64,000 nt of DNA, from positions 42,352,401 through 42,416,400 of the forward strand of contig CM120641.1 in the NCBI GenBank assembly GCA_051362555.1. Reading direction: 5' to 3'. How positions within the stretch are numbered: position 1 is the stretch's first letter; each line of letters begins with the position of its first letter. Below, in pieces: positions 1 through 11,968 of the stretch. A program made the position numbers and the translations under genes. The notes under the pieces are model-generated. The model was not told the DNA's origin. It did no database searches and worked only from the letters and a program-made list of their open reading frames with translations. Source of the stretch: Lingula anatina (lineage: Eukaryota > Animalia > Brachiopoda).

Positions 1-902
1 TTTAAGCCATGAAATGGATTAAATGCAAAGAAATTGCATGCAATACATGTTGTCCCTAGGCCTCCTGAGAAAAAAAAAACTTGCCAAAAAGAAAGAAAAA
101 TAATTACATTACACCACATATTAACTATCTTTCCTATGATTAGCAGAACATTTTTGGCCAAGGTTTCAAAAGAAAATTCCTTATTTACAGTAGGCTGCAC
201 ACCTCGGGCATAAATTTTGGGACCAGAAAATTTCTCCTCTTGTGACACAAACAGATTAGCTGGGCAGTTTTGTAATCAAATTAAATTTCAATAAAGAACC
301 AAAGGAAAAAAAAACCTTTCCGGGGCATTGCAGTGGCATATTTAGGGGGGTGTCAGGGGGTCTTGACCCCCCCCCCCTTTCAATTTCTGGAAAAAAAAAA
401 CACGCCAATGGTCCACTCTTGAAATTAGAATTTTGACTAGCTGAATCATAGTTCTAACACACAATCATTCAAATCTTTAAAAATCCAGTCAAAATTACGA
501 AAACTCGGAAAACATATGTACCAGTACGAGCAGTACAAAACCTGCAAAGCTGATTTCATGTTGACACTAAACTTGGCTCCAGTACAGAAGGCCTACCGAG
601 GGGATAATAGTTCAAATGAAAAGCTTGGTATAAATACCTGGGAATATAAATTAATGCGGTTCCATATGATGATGGAAGCAAACGGCTATGAGTATGAATT
701 CAGGCAGAAAGGTTTATAAACGACTGTATTTATCAATGAAAAACCAGTGCATTTAGTATCAGTAATTCCAAACTGAATAGCCAGGAGATACCAATAATCC
801 TGTAATTGCTCCCTTCAGTGGCTAACTACGATGAATAAGAGAGAGCCGATAAGTCCGCTTTCGTTATGTCAAAATAAATTCCGTCATTGACACAGGATGT
901 TG

Positions 903-1036
903 TTTCCCGCGAAAATGACTTAACGCGGGAAAACGCATGCGCCCTGTAGAGTAACTGTTCGCGCCTTTTAGGTCATGTGATCAGTTTATTGACATAAGCC
1001 AAAGCCCTTTAAAGCAATCCGGCAATCTGATTGGCT
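903..1036. promoter_or_regulatory. Putative proximal promoter of the zinc-finger gene (E2F-like pair, NRF1-like, E-box, inverted CCAAT)
   Basis: CpG-rich patch 130-260 bp upstream of ATG 1164. It contains TTTCCCGCGAAAA (903-915), CGCGGGAAAA (924-933), CGCATGCGC (934-942), TCATGTGA (~973-980) and CTGATTGGCT (1027-1036). Motif names are consensus matches only. Confidence 0.5.
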
Positions 1037-1163
1037 CTTAACGCCTGGCCTTCACACACTGCAATCTTTGTGTACTATACCGGCTTGAGACCACAAAGAG
1101 AAAGAAAAACTGACAGGTCTCTGATTTTTTTCAGATTCTCGTCGTTTTTCGTCGACTAGCACA

Positions 1164-2580
1164 ATGGCAGCGATGCAGTTTGAAAGTCGGATGTACCCAG
1201 ATATGGGCTCCCGACCCAAAAGGCTGCGACACGACTCGCAAAGGGGAAATACAGAGGCTTTTAGCATGGGTCAGAAATCCTTAGAGCTTCAAGGTGTTAT
1301 CCGGGTGCTGAAAAATTACAACGATTATGAAGGTGGAATAAACTGCAGTGTTTGTGGTGAGTTTGGATAATTTTACACTTATTTTACTTTCATATTGTCA
1401 TATACGTGAAATTGGTTGTGGGTTAATTAGTCAAAGAACCGTAATTGCAATTTAGACGATGGCCATGTGTTTCGGACTTTAACTTGCTTTGTTTGTGCAC
1501 TGATCAAATCAGATTATCTCGCAGACGGGATAAAATCAAACCACTTAACCCAGATCACACAGTGCTAGGGTAGTGAATCAATAATATAGGCCATATTTTC
1601 TGGCTTAAATTACATCATTAGGTATTTAATTAGAATATTTTTTCTGACTCTGTGGGAAAACCACGAGGTCGATGAATATTCATGAGCGTGTTCCATACAA
1701 AACATATGCTGCTATAAATAGGAAGTAGGTCATGGAAACATCTGCCGCTTGTATTCAATTTAAGTTGGAAGCCTTATGGTTATATTGTTCGGTGAAAATG
1801 GCAGTAGGCCCTACATTGAAGACCAGTAAGTAATAGACAATAACTCACGGAGAAACAATTTAAATCTTTTTCTATAAAATTGATTAGCGCTTAAAGCACC
1901 GAAATAGTGATGAGGCTTACCCAACTTACTTTGACATATCCAGGAATTGATTTAGAGATATAAAGTCATTAGGTTATATATTTAAAGATGCGTTCATAAC
2001 CTCAGGGCCCCAAACTAGGAAAATGTCATGAAATAGTTCTGATCAGGACTACAAACCATGCCAAGACATTAAAACTTTTCAGTGTCATGTCCTTCTGTTT
2101 TTATTCCAGTGCGTAGCCATAAGCTCAAAATGGGGGGGGGGGGGGGGGGGGCAAAACCATTCAGAAATTTCTGTTGACAGCTCTTTTCCACATTGCTTTA
2201 CTGATTAAAATCAGTCATATGTAAAAGATGTGCATTCATATTTTTATTTTCCAGGTAAGCTGTATAAGAGCAAGGTATGTTTTACCAAGCATTTATGGGA
2301 GCACACAGTCTACTGGGACCAGTTTGCTGGGGAGAAAAACCACGATCGCGTTCTCTCCATTCAAGCTGCACTCATTCTATATAGTGGTAACCATGGCTAC
2401 ACAGAAGAAGACGCCAACATGCTTTCATTTCTTCTTGTGACTTCTCCACATAACGAGAAAAAGCAGAAAGATTACAATGGCAACGAGGCAAAGCTCCACA
2501 ACAGAAATGAGCGCAAGCAGTCATCGCCACTTAAACGAAAACGTCCTTCAAGTGAGACGGATGATGAAGACAGCCAGTGA
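1164..2580 (+). CDS. Small single C2H2 zinc-finger protein, 172 aa, 2 exons (1164-1356, 2255-2580)
   Basis: The donor G|gtgagt at 1357 and acceptor ttccag| at 2254 are phase-compatible (phase 1). Splicing gives CSVCGKLYKSKVCFTKHLWEH, an exact C-x2-C-x12-H-x3-H finger. The C-terminus has an NLS-like PLKRKRP and an acidic tail. AATAAA occurs at ~3281 and ~3903. Confidence 0.85.
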
Positions 2581-4049
2581 CTAGAGTGTGGTTAAAAAAC
2601 AGTTGAAAATGTAAATATTGAAAAGCATTATTGTACATAACAAACTTGTAATATATGTGAATATGTACATAGTGCAAAAAAAACATAGAACAAGATATAA
2701 GAGAGACTTGGAATAGAATCCGGTGGAACATGAGCAAAGAGAATGTTTTTAGACATACATCACATGTCTGACTGTCATAGAGATAAAGTGGAACAAAATT
2801 GGATTTGTTTCTTCAGGTGGATTTTGCTTTGTGTGAAAAGAACATTTTGCGGTCTTCGAATTTGAACCACAAGAGGTGAAATCTTTGGTTGAAGTACGGC
2901 ACTGTTATTACATCTGTTAGGACCTAATTGTTTTTGCACATTATTGTTTTTATGACAGACAAATGATTGATACAGAGCCAGGTGCATCATTTATTGCCAA
3001 TACATTAATATGCCATATTGTTGAATTTTTGTCATAGTCATAGCTTCTATTTTTTGCGGATTTACTTTTCATTGGTTGAAAAAAGCTGTTATTCATGAAG
3101 AAAATTGCCATTGGTTTTGATGAAAAGGTGATTGGGCTGAAAATGTTAACTTAATGATATGTTGTATACCTGGGTGGATGGGGGGAGGTGATATACCTAG
3201 GATTTGAAGGAAATCGCTATACATCTGAAAAGTCTCTTGTAACATTTAATTGTTGGGTACATTGTTGAATTAAGTTTGCCAATAAACACTTAATGATGAG
3301 CTAGTCAAGAACTGTATCTTATATGTTTAAGTAAGTGCATGTGTATCCTATGTATAAAATTCTCTTTGGTGTGCACTCTTAAATGATTTATTTCATTTTT
3401 GTTTAATTTATTATTTCATTTTAGTGGATTTGATACTGTAACAACACTTGTGACAGTTCTTGGTGGACACATGGTTTGTTTGGTTTTAACTTCTTTTGAA
3501 ATTATTTATCCCATACTTAACTATATTCTGTGTGGGGAAATTGTCTGACATGATGTAGACTGCATTGTAAAATTATACTTGATTTTTGCATCTGTTTTAT
3601 GTTTAGAAACAAGGAATAGACTTGGTCCACTTCAGATTCATAACATTATTTGAGTGTCTTTTTCCAAATATATAATATAAGATTTCAATACAGGAGTAAA
3701 AAATAGGTATATTTCACACTTTGACATTTTTCCTGACAGAGGATAAACTGGAATGATTTTTCTATTTAAAGCAGTTTTTCATATACTATTTCTACAATTG
3801 CTAACCCACACTATATTAGTGTAGGAGTTCCAATAATTTGGTTTGCATTGCAAAGATAAAGACATGCAACGAGTATTTTTGTATCAGTTTATGTGTATGC
3901 TTAATAAAAAGCAAAATTACATTTAATTGACTGTATTTTGTTTGAGTTGATGAAATTTTGCAACCTTGTTTTAGCTTAGACTGAGTTGTAGCAGAGGGGA
4001 CTTCACATGAGAATAAGCCTTTGAAATACCCCTACCTCTTATATGTTTT

Positions 4050-4090
<41 letters not shown>

Positions 4091-4441
4091 TAAAACTGGC
4101 ACATATGTCTCTTAGTGTGTTTTGTGAACAGTAAATGTGAGCTCGTAATATTGTTAAGTGTAGTTGATGTGCCAGTGCAAATGGCTGGTCTTCTCTAACG
4201 CAATGTTGTTATTGTGTCCGTCACATTGGTATTGCTTGCTAAGATGATCTTCCCGTTGTGACAGGAATGTTAGTCCTGGGTATGGAAGTCCGGGGTCTCA
4301 AATGATTATTACAGGCTATAGGGTTGACCACTGAACGAATGCCACCTGTGCAAAGTAATGGGGACGGACACCGGTGTGGCAGGAATCGTAGTCCTTACAA
4401 TGAAGTCCGGAGTTCCATATGATTAAGCCTACTAAAGGTTA

Positions 4442-5160
4442 TGCCCCTATTTCACATCGACTACAAACAACACGAACCGGAAAAAATGAAAAATTTTAGG
4501 AATCGTGAGGAATGGTATAATTTTGCACATTTCTAGTAGAAATCTTGGCCCTGTCACACTGAGCTTCAGAGATAACATGACACTAAGTTATCTCTGAAGC
4601 TCAGGGTGGACCCTGTAGGATTCAGTTAAGAATTTGTTTAGATAGACTTTAGAATATTCGTGGGACTCCGTTTGAACAGCACGAATGTTGTCAAGAGACA
4701 TGGAAGCTTTGCAAGAATTACTTAAGACAACATCACGAATATTTTTATTGAGTTAAGTGAAAGCTAAGTATTTGCCAAATGCTCCAACGATTGTGACACA
4801 ATTATAAATGCAGTCATGACTGTTCTTGAAATTTCGAGGAATGTTCCCTTAAGAGATGAACAAAAAGCCCCTGCTTTACAGAATCGGAAAGGCTAAAAAT
4901 GCACAAGGTTAACATATCTGAGAATGTACGACGGATTTGTTAAGAAGTGACCAAGATATTTTTTGCATTCGGGAGTTCAAGACCAAAATTTGAACAGCTT
5001 GAAACTTTTTTTACCGATTTCATGAACCCTCAAAGATTGCAAGAACTGACTGAGAAGAAATAAGAATCAGTTAAGAATTTAACACGATTAAGGTACGTAC
5101 CCTGGGATTTATCAATTCCTGGCATTTCGTGGTATTCGTGGTCGGTGTGGAATAAGGGTA
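4442..5160. mobile_element. Non-autonomous PIF/Harbinger-like DNA transposon (degenerate ~35-bp TIRs, TTA TSD)
   Basis: Left end tgcccctatttcacatcgactacaaacaacacgaa matches the reverse complement of the right end, tacccttattccacaccgaccacgaataccacgaa. TTA flanks both sides (4439-4441, 5161-5163). No ORF. Confidence 0.65.
4555..4608. mobile_element. 54-bp hairpin mini-element made only of the termini of the 11244-11968 element
   Basis: Sequence is cacactgagcttcagagataac-atgacactaa-gttatctctgaagctcagggtg. It is flanked by ggccctgt (4547-4554) and gaccctgt (4609-4616), an 8-bp TSD matching at 7/8. Confidence 0.8.
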
Positions 5161-6196
5161 TTAGGTTAGTATATGGGACGAATGTCAGCCGTACAAAGTA
5201 ATGGGGAACGGACTACCGTTCCCAGCTGAGTACATTCCTGTGAATGGGGAAATATAAGGAAGCTTTACCGGATATCTATGTGATTAAGACGCGTGTACGC
5301 GCGTTAGACAATTTTTTTATGGGGGGGGGGGGAGGTACTTTTAAATTTACAGGGGTTTACGTGCCACTGTACCGCCCCTTCCCCATCCACGATTGGCCTT
5401 TTAAATAAAGTGTTGCTTTTTTAAATATTAAAGGTACTTAAGGTGTAAAATGCTATCAATCCGACCAATTAAGAAACAAAGCAAGAGCAAGTAAACGGAT
5501 TTTATGTGTGTGTGTGTGTGTTTAAATAAGTTGACAGGTATTTAATTTGCTGTTGCTGGAGTGCACATATTTTAGATCCCTTCAATTTACATATATTAGA
5601 AAATCTTATGTCTATGGATTTCAAATTAAAGTCAGATAAAAGATATGCTCTGACATTTTAATTCTTTGTAGCCATGACTTGTGGCAGAAACACATTTTTA
5701 AAAATAAACACATCTAGGCTTGATTTTACGTTCTGGCTGAACCGCAGTTCACTTTTCTTCCCCAAACAGAACTTTTTGCTTCAATAACGTCTATCAGATT
5801 TCTACTTAGTAATGTCTGAACAAGGTCGTAATTTTCGAAAAAAAAGTTTACACGCCTTAGGGAGAAAATTACAGGTTTTTGAAGGTTAAACGATTTATAC
5901 CTACATATCCATCTACAAAAACACGTCAATTAAGTGCCGTAACGACCTGGCAGGAACGCGAAAAGAAACATTGCACACACGATTGTGAGCACGTTCGCCA
6001 CAGTCACGCGTGAAATATTTTCATAATATTACGCAATCGGTAGCTTCTTAAGATTCAAAACGAATGGTAAGTTTTGACAATTAAGCAGCAGTACCTATAT
6101 ATATGTGTTTACACTACGGGAAATTGGGTGTTGCAACAAAAAATCTAGACAAGTGCAAGCAGCTGCAAAGAACGTCAACGCCAGTCCACGATTAAG

Positions 6197-6598
6197 ATGT
6201 TGCCTTCAAAAACCTTAACTTTGTTAACGGGGCTATGCTTTCTTGGCGTTGCGTACGGGTGCTATCTTTTCAGCGACGGATGTAGAAATTACCGTTGCTG
6301 TGTGGGAGACACGTACCCTACCCTTATCCCGCCAGGAATATGCTGTGAGAGATGCACGTGGAATCAGAGAACGTATTACCCAGGACAGTGGTTCTACCCA
6401 GCTGGCGAGCCTAATCGACTTTGTGTCTGCATGAGATGCGGAAGAGTGTACTGTTCACCGTCAACGCGCCATCGATGCAGCCCGTTACGATATTTCCGGA
6501 ACAGGTTGTGGTTCACGGGTTCATCAGTCGGTCCACTGTGTCGCTGTCGATCTGACAATACTGTTGTTTGTGGCCGTGCTGCATGCTCCTGGCCTTAA
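6197..6598 (+). CDS. Secreted 16-Cys protein, copy 1 (133 aa, Arg-rich)
   Basis: Signal peptide MLPSKTLTLLTGLCFLGVAYG| is followed by 16 Cys in the mature chain, including a VWC-like CTWNQRTYYPGQWF...CVC..CGRVYC. TATA-like TATATATA lies at 6096-6103, a probable 3' intron at 6601-6840, and AATAAA at 7144. Confidence 0.9.
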   Translation: MLPSKTLTLLTGLCFLGVAYGCYLFSDGCRNYRCCVGDTYPTLIPPGICCERCTWNQRTYYPGQWFYPAGEPNRLCVCMRCGRVYCSPSTRHRCSPLRYFRNRLWFTGSSVGPLCRCRSDNTVVCGRAACSWP

Positions 6599-7939
6599 AG
6601 GTATGGTTTCTTGAGCAGAATTTGAGTTAGTTTTATCTGTAGAGCAGACACACCTACATCAAGTCTAGCAATTAGAGTTTAAAAGAAATGGCCTTTTTAA
6701 TTTATTGCAATTGGTAATAAAATATATAAAAAGGACCCTTGGGAGTTCTACAAGTGACGAAAGACCTTGAGGGGAAGCCTCTGATAAGTATTGTCAAACG
6801 GTAATACTTAAATAATTTTTATTTCATATTTGTAATTTAGACTTGCGCCAGCAGAAAATCGACGGCAGACACCAGACATGATCGTATGGTGAAACTAAGG
6901 AATCCTTATTCTAGACCATGCTAACTTGACCATGCTGTTAATGACGAACTTCCCCTTAACTTGGAAATTAGAAGTGAATAGTATAGGTATACTGGAACTA
7001 GGTTATAATATGATGAAATATATGACTGTCTTCACACAAAGTGATTTGACTGAATGATAACCTGGGTAAATGTTGATAGAATAACCTCCTGTTTTTAATA
7101 TAAAATTTTATGTAAATTTGAAGTTTACAACTTCCTCACGGCCAATAAAAGCATGGATTAAATAATATAGTTTTTCTTTCATTTGATATGACGTTGATGT
7201 ATCTTATAAAATACTATTAAACTGTGGCCAATCAAAGAAGAGCGGTCAGGCTAACATTTCTTGGTCGTATAATTTGTTGTTAAATTTGTTAACTTCTCTG
7301 ACAATTATGCCCTTACCAGGCCCTTTGTAAGCTCAGTGACTACAAAAGATTTAAAGTTTACACTATTGCCAATGATCCAGAATTTTTAAGGGGAGGGGTA
7401 GAGGGTGAGGGGAGCACAAGAGCACCAGGGGAGCAAGGATTGGGGTTTTACATAATTCATTGCTTGTTTTATATCGATACGGCGATAAGGATGTACATGT
7501 AGAATGCAATCAATCCGACCAATCAAGAGGCAAAGCTGGAAGAAATACATAGGAAATGCATTCAGGGGCATTTTATTTGCTGTTTATGGAGAACACATAT
7601 TTCACATCTCTTCACAATTGACGTAATATGTCTTAAAAACCAAGATTAATGTTGTTTGTTAAAACCTGATGTTTATGGATTGCAATTAGCAAGTCAAACA
7701 AAAATATAAATACTTTGTAGCCGTGACTTGGAACAGGATCGTCTTTCTGAACGACAAACACACCTTAGTTAGACTTTTTTCTTTGGAAGAACAGAACGCA
7801 AAAAGGTCGTTTGTACAATTTGTCTTAAATTGGGGGGAAATATTTGGTTCTGGCGCTATCGGCAGTTCTTTGGTGTAAAGCCCTACTGACCATCATGCTA
7901 TCGAAAAATTTAAAATTTGAATAACATATTTTGCTTCAT

Positions 7940-9054
7940 ATTTAATGTAAATTCTGATTCATTCAGTTGTGATGTTTACAGGTAAAATTATGAACTCTAA
8001 TACTGGACACTGACTTAGAGATTCCGGCGTATTGTCCTCATCCCAAGGACATCTTCAAGGAACTGTCACTACAGGTGACATTGCTGGTGTTATTGCAGTT
8101 ATTACGTGACAGTCGGCACGGAATCAAAAGGACTTTTTCAAGTTTATCAACGAGCTTGATAGTAATATCCCTTTCACACAGGAGGAGTGCCAAGAATGAC
8201 ACTTTACCTTTTCTAGACTTGTCTTGTTACCCTTTTTGAGAGACGCGAGTTCGAGACCAAAGTATACCGTATGAGTACACACACACAGTCCAGTACCTCC
8301 ATTATACCTCCAATCACCCCCTCATTCAGGGATCATTACCAGACCCTATCGTACTAACTGTAAATCGACCTATCTTCAAGGGGATTCTCGCTAAATTGCA
8401 ATCAAACTTAAGCGGCTTATATGTCTGTCACGCCTACTGAAGCTGCTAGGGGGGAATTAATTATCGTTTAGCAACATCAGTAGGTGTGCCAGACAATTTA
8501 GCGAGAACCCCTCGTAGAGGCATCGATCCTGTTAGATCGATTTAGGTATGGAAACCCAGTCTCAGTGCGGATATCCTGATTGGTCTTTCATTAAAGCCAG
8601 AGCCACACCCCCAATTTAAAAAAAAGACACCAATAAAAAACACCAAAGCAGAGGGAAAGATGGTGCACATTGGGGTACCGTACACTCTACCAGGGCGACA
8701 GATTGATTTTTCAATTGAGTTATATTTTACACATTTAAGAAATCAGGTCACTCCTTTGACTTGAAGGATGTGATAGTGTTGGACAAGGAAGAGGACTGGT
8801 TCCGGAGAGGTGTCAAGGAGGCCATACACGAAAGGATTGTAAAGCCTAGATTAAACCGGAGCGGGGATCTGCGTTTCCAGCTACATTATTTGTGGGACCG
8901 AGCCCTGGCGGCGATTCCGTGCCGACTGTCACGTGTTAACTGCAATACCACCACCAGTGCAGTGCCACCTGTAATGAAAGTTCCCTGAAGATGTCCTTGG
9001 AATGAGGATGTAACGTCGGAATTTCTACGTCAGTGTCCAGCATTAGAGTTTATA
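7940..9054 (+). mobile_element. Decayed Penelope-like retroelement with inverted 5' pseudo-LTR
   Basis: RT-thumb remnants read FFKFINELDSNIPFTQE..LPFLD and FETKVYR.STHT..QYLHYTSNHP (~8130-8325). A GIY-YIG C-terminal remnant reads VLDKEEDWFRRGVKEAIHERIVKPRLNR (ORF 8761-8988). The segment 7985-8125 is an inverted copy of 8913-9057. Candidate TSD atattttgc(t/a)tcat lies at 7926-7939 and 9055-9068. Confidence 0.85.
8346..8545. mobile_element. Small palindromic MITE-like insert nested in the Penelope-like element
   Basis: Inverted arms ggattctcgctaaattg / caatttagcgagaacc and tgtctgtcacgcctactga / tcagtaggtgtgccagaca interrupt the RT remnant. Ends are approximate. Confidence 0.55.
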
Positions 9055-9416
9055 ATATTTTGCATCATTAAGTAACGCTTAAATGTCACATTCATCTATA
9101 CGTACAAATTATTACGAAAATAGGGTAGTAAATGTTCACGCCTTTCGGATTAAGTGTGCAGATTTTTAGAATGCAAAAATGTAAACAATATCTACAGTTT
9201 AGTGCATTAAGACCTTGAATGACAGTCAAGTTACAACAATAAAAGCACGCTCACCACAGTCGCGAGTTCAAAATATTTGCACATACCACCGGCATCTTAA
9301 CACCCAAGGTGATTGGCTAGTTTTGCCGTCGGAGATTATATATATACTAGGGATGTCACGTTGTAGCAACACATAATCTAGAGACGCTGCAAGTTACTAG
9401 AAAGTCTGCCATTATC

Positions 9417-10079
9417 ATGTTGAGTTCAAAAACCTTCATTTTGTTCATTGAACTGTGTTTTCTTGCTGTAACCTACGGCTGCTTTACCTTCAACGACGGG
9501 TGTAGAGATTACCACTGCTGTCAGGGAGACACGTACCCTACACTTTTCGAGGGAAAGTGTTGCGAGAAATGTACATGGAATCAGAACACGTATTCTCCAG
9601 GACAGTGGTTCTACCCGGCTGGCGAGCCTAATCGACTTTGTATCTGCGTGACATGCGGAAGAGTGTACTGTTCGCCGTCACGGTACCATCTTTGCAGTTC
9701 GTCACGATATTCCAAGAACAAGTTGTGGTTCACGGGTTCATCAGTCGGTCCACTGTGTCGCTGTCGTTCTGACAATACTGTTGCTTGTGGTGCTGCTGCA
9801 TGTTCCTGGCTCTCCATGTAATGTTTCCTTGAACATGTTTTGATTTTTTTATTTAACAAGCATTTAAAACTACATTAAGTCTGCCATATTAAGAATACAA
9901 AAGTATAAGTGTCCTTAAATTTGTCGACATAAAAAAATGTTTCTTATAAGTTTTGCCGGCATTTTTTAAACAAAAATTGTTAATTATTTTGTATGTTTTA
10001 TTTGACATATAGACGTGAGCCAATAGAAGACGGACGGCAGGCCGCACAGTCCTCCAATGTTGCACCGCAGGAGTCATAG
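9417..10079 (+). CDS. Secreted 16-Cys protein, copy 2 (134 aa unspliced, 9417-9821; 155 aa if intron 9818-10012 is spliced)
   Basis: Signal peptide plus the same 16-Cys frame. The genomic stop TAA lies inside the conserved donor-like gtaatg, and splicing to the acceptor at 10012 adds IREPIEDGRQAAQSSNVAPQES*. ATTGG at ~9312, TATA at 9337-9346, AATAAA at 10356. Confidence 0.85.
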
Positions 10080-10520
10080 GGAGAAACTGAAGAAATGGAC
10101 ACGGATGAATCTGTGTTCTGGCACTGTGCTAACTTTACCACTTTTTAAAATTATTTAGAGGGCAATAGTATGAATACACTGGACTTATGATATAATATAT
10201 TGAACTATGCATTTCTGTTAATACACCATGTATTTTGACTGATTCCTTTGACTGGTGTTGATAGAATAATCTGCTTTTTTTCAATTTTCATGTTCAAAGC
10301 TATCATTAGAATACTTTAAATGTTAAGAGATAAAACTTACAACTTACTCACGGCCAATAAATGTGTGGATTGAGCAATCAAGTTTTATGACCATCGTTTT
10401 TTCCAAACACGATGTTACGTTAATGTATTCTATAAAAAATAAAACTGCGCTCAGTCAAATAATATAACTAAGGTCACGTGTTGTCAAAGCCTCTGTTGCA
10501 ACACTTCGAGAACGTATTTT

Positions 10521-10774
10521 CGCTAATTACCTCCGCCAAGGAGGTTATGTTTTCATCCCTGTTTGTCTGTTTGTTTGTCTGTCTGACTGTCATCAACATA
10601 ACTCAAAAAGATATGGACCGATTTTGATGAAATTTTCAGGAACTGTCAGAAATGGGCCAAGGAAGAGATGATTAGTTTTTGGTGGTTATCCGGATCAATA
10701 ATCAATCAATAATCAATAATAATCAAAAATTGCTGCCTTGGCGGAGGTCTGCGCTCTCGGAGTGCTTTTCTAGT
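10521..10774 (+). mobile_element. Non-autonomous Helentron/DINE-1-like element (HINE)
   Basis: Has subterminal inverted repeats CCTCCGCCAAGG / CCTTGGCGGAGG, a (GTYT)n microsatellite, a 3' hairpin gcgctctcggagtgc and a CTAG end. It is inserted in a T-run without a TSD and is absent from the sister unit at ~13645. Confidence 0.85.
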
Positions 10775-11243
10775 TTTCTTTAAATTTACGACAATAGCAC
10801 TGGAAGTCAGACCTCGTTTGTTTCGTTTCGCTGGTGACACTTCAAAATCCACTCATTTAATAATTTTTTTGTTTTTGTTTTGGAGGGGAAAGGGGTACTT
10901 CCAAGGAAACGGCAATACATGCCCTTTGTGCATACCTCCGATCCCTACCGCGTTTTGACTTTTAAATCAACCACTGCTTGTTAAATATTAATACAGCGAT
11001 AAAAGTCGTAGAATGCAATGACTCCAACCAATCGAGACATCAAGCAGGAGGAAATAAATAGAAAATGTATTCCTTGTGTGTTTAAGAGAGGAAATTAGTA
11101 TTTAATGTGTTGCTGATAGAGTGCACATGGTTCACTTCACTTTACAGGTGACATTACATCTATTGGAAAACAAAAGTTAACGTTCAACCTGTCAGAACCT
11201 TATGTTTATGGATTGCAAATTTACAAGTCAAGCGGATATTTTA

Positions 11244-11968
11244 CACCCTGAGCTTCAGAGATAACTTGACACTAACCTCTTCACAATAGCCTATATCTTC
11301 ATCGTGTCAAGTTACTCAGAGATAACTTGACACTAACCTCTTCACAATAGCCTATATCTTCATCGTGTCAAGTTACCTCTGACCACATTCGATTGCCCCC
11401 GCCGCCCGCCAATCAAATTTAAAGCCCGCACTCAATGACTCATTGAACGATCTAGCCAATGAACGCGAACGAGTCAAAGCGCGCTTTGTTCAAATCCGGA
11501 CCAATCAGAGATAAGGCTCAATATCAGGGACTTGCCGTAACCAGCACGCAAAATACATCATCCCTCAGTAGATAATGATGCAGGGCCTCAAATTGCTCTG
11601 GTTTCGATTCCGATATATTCATATTTTGCAAAGAATCAAGAGATAACTTAACTCATTATTTTACGTAGACACTCGTAGAAGACGCCATGCTTTCTTTGTG
11701 TACGGTTATGCACTCGGCACTACTCGGATGTCTCCGCACTTGACAATAACTTTGTTGTTAGTATGGAGCTTGTGGAATCAGCCGAGGATTACCGATTGAC
11801 GGTCAACCAATCAGCGTTTTCACCAAACTTTGGTGAAAAATTTTGAAACTTGGATTCGATTGGCTTATATAAACTAGGTCAAACTATTTTCGTCAGAGGT
11901 AACTTGACACGATGAAGATAGGCTATTGTGAAGAGGTTAGTGTCAAGTTATCTCTGAAGCTCAGGGTG
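11244..11968. mobile_element. Non-autonomous TIR element with 8-bp TSD (hAT- or P-superfamily-like)
   Basis: TIRs of ~77 bp start CACCCTGAGCTTCAGAGATAACTTGACAC, and the left TIR has a ~60-bp internal tandem duplication. A perfect TSD ATATTTTA lies at 11236-11243 and 11969-11976. Empty sites are present in sister units (~14135, ~17570). Confidence 0.9.

Noticed and set aside
330-719. G/C-run element at ~330-400 and ORF 516-719
   Set aside because: Probably a decayed repeat, but no matching second terminus or TSD was found and the ORF has no recognisable motif.
6243-6434. Overlapping +1-frame ORFs repeated in copies 1, 3 and 5 (6243, 12745, 18207)
   Set aside because: They are shadows of the duplicated coding sequence, with non-ATG starts and variable ends.
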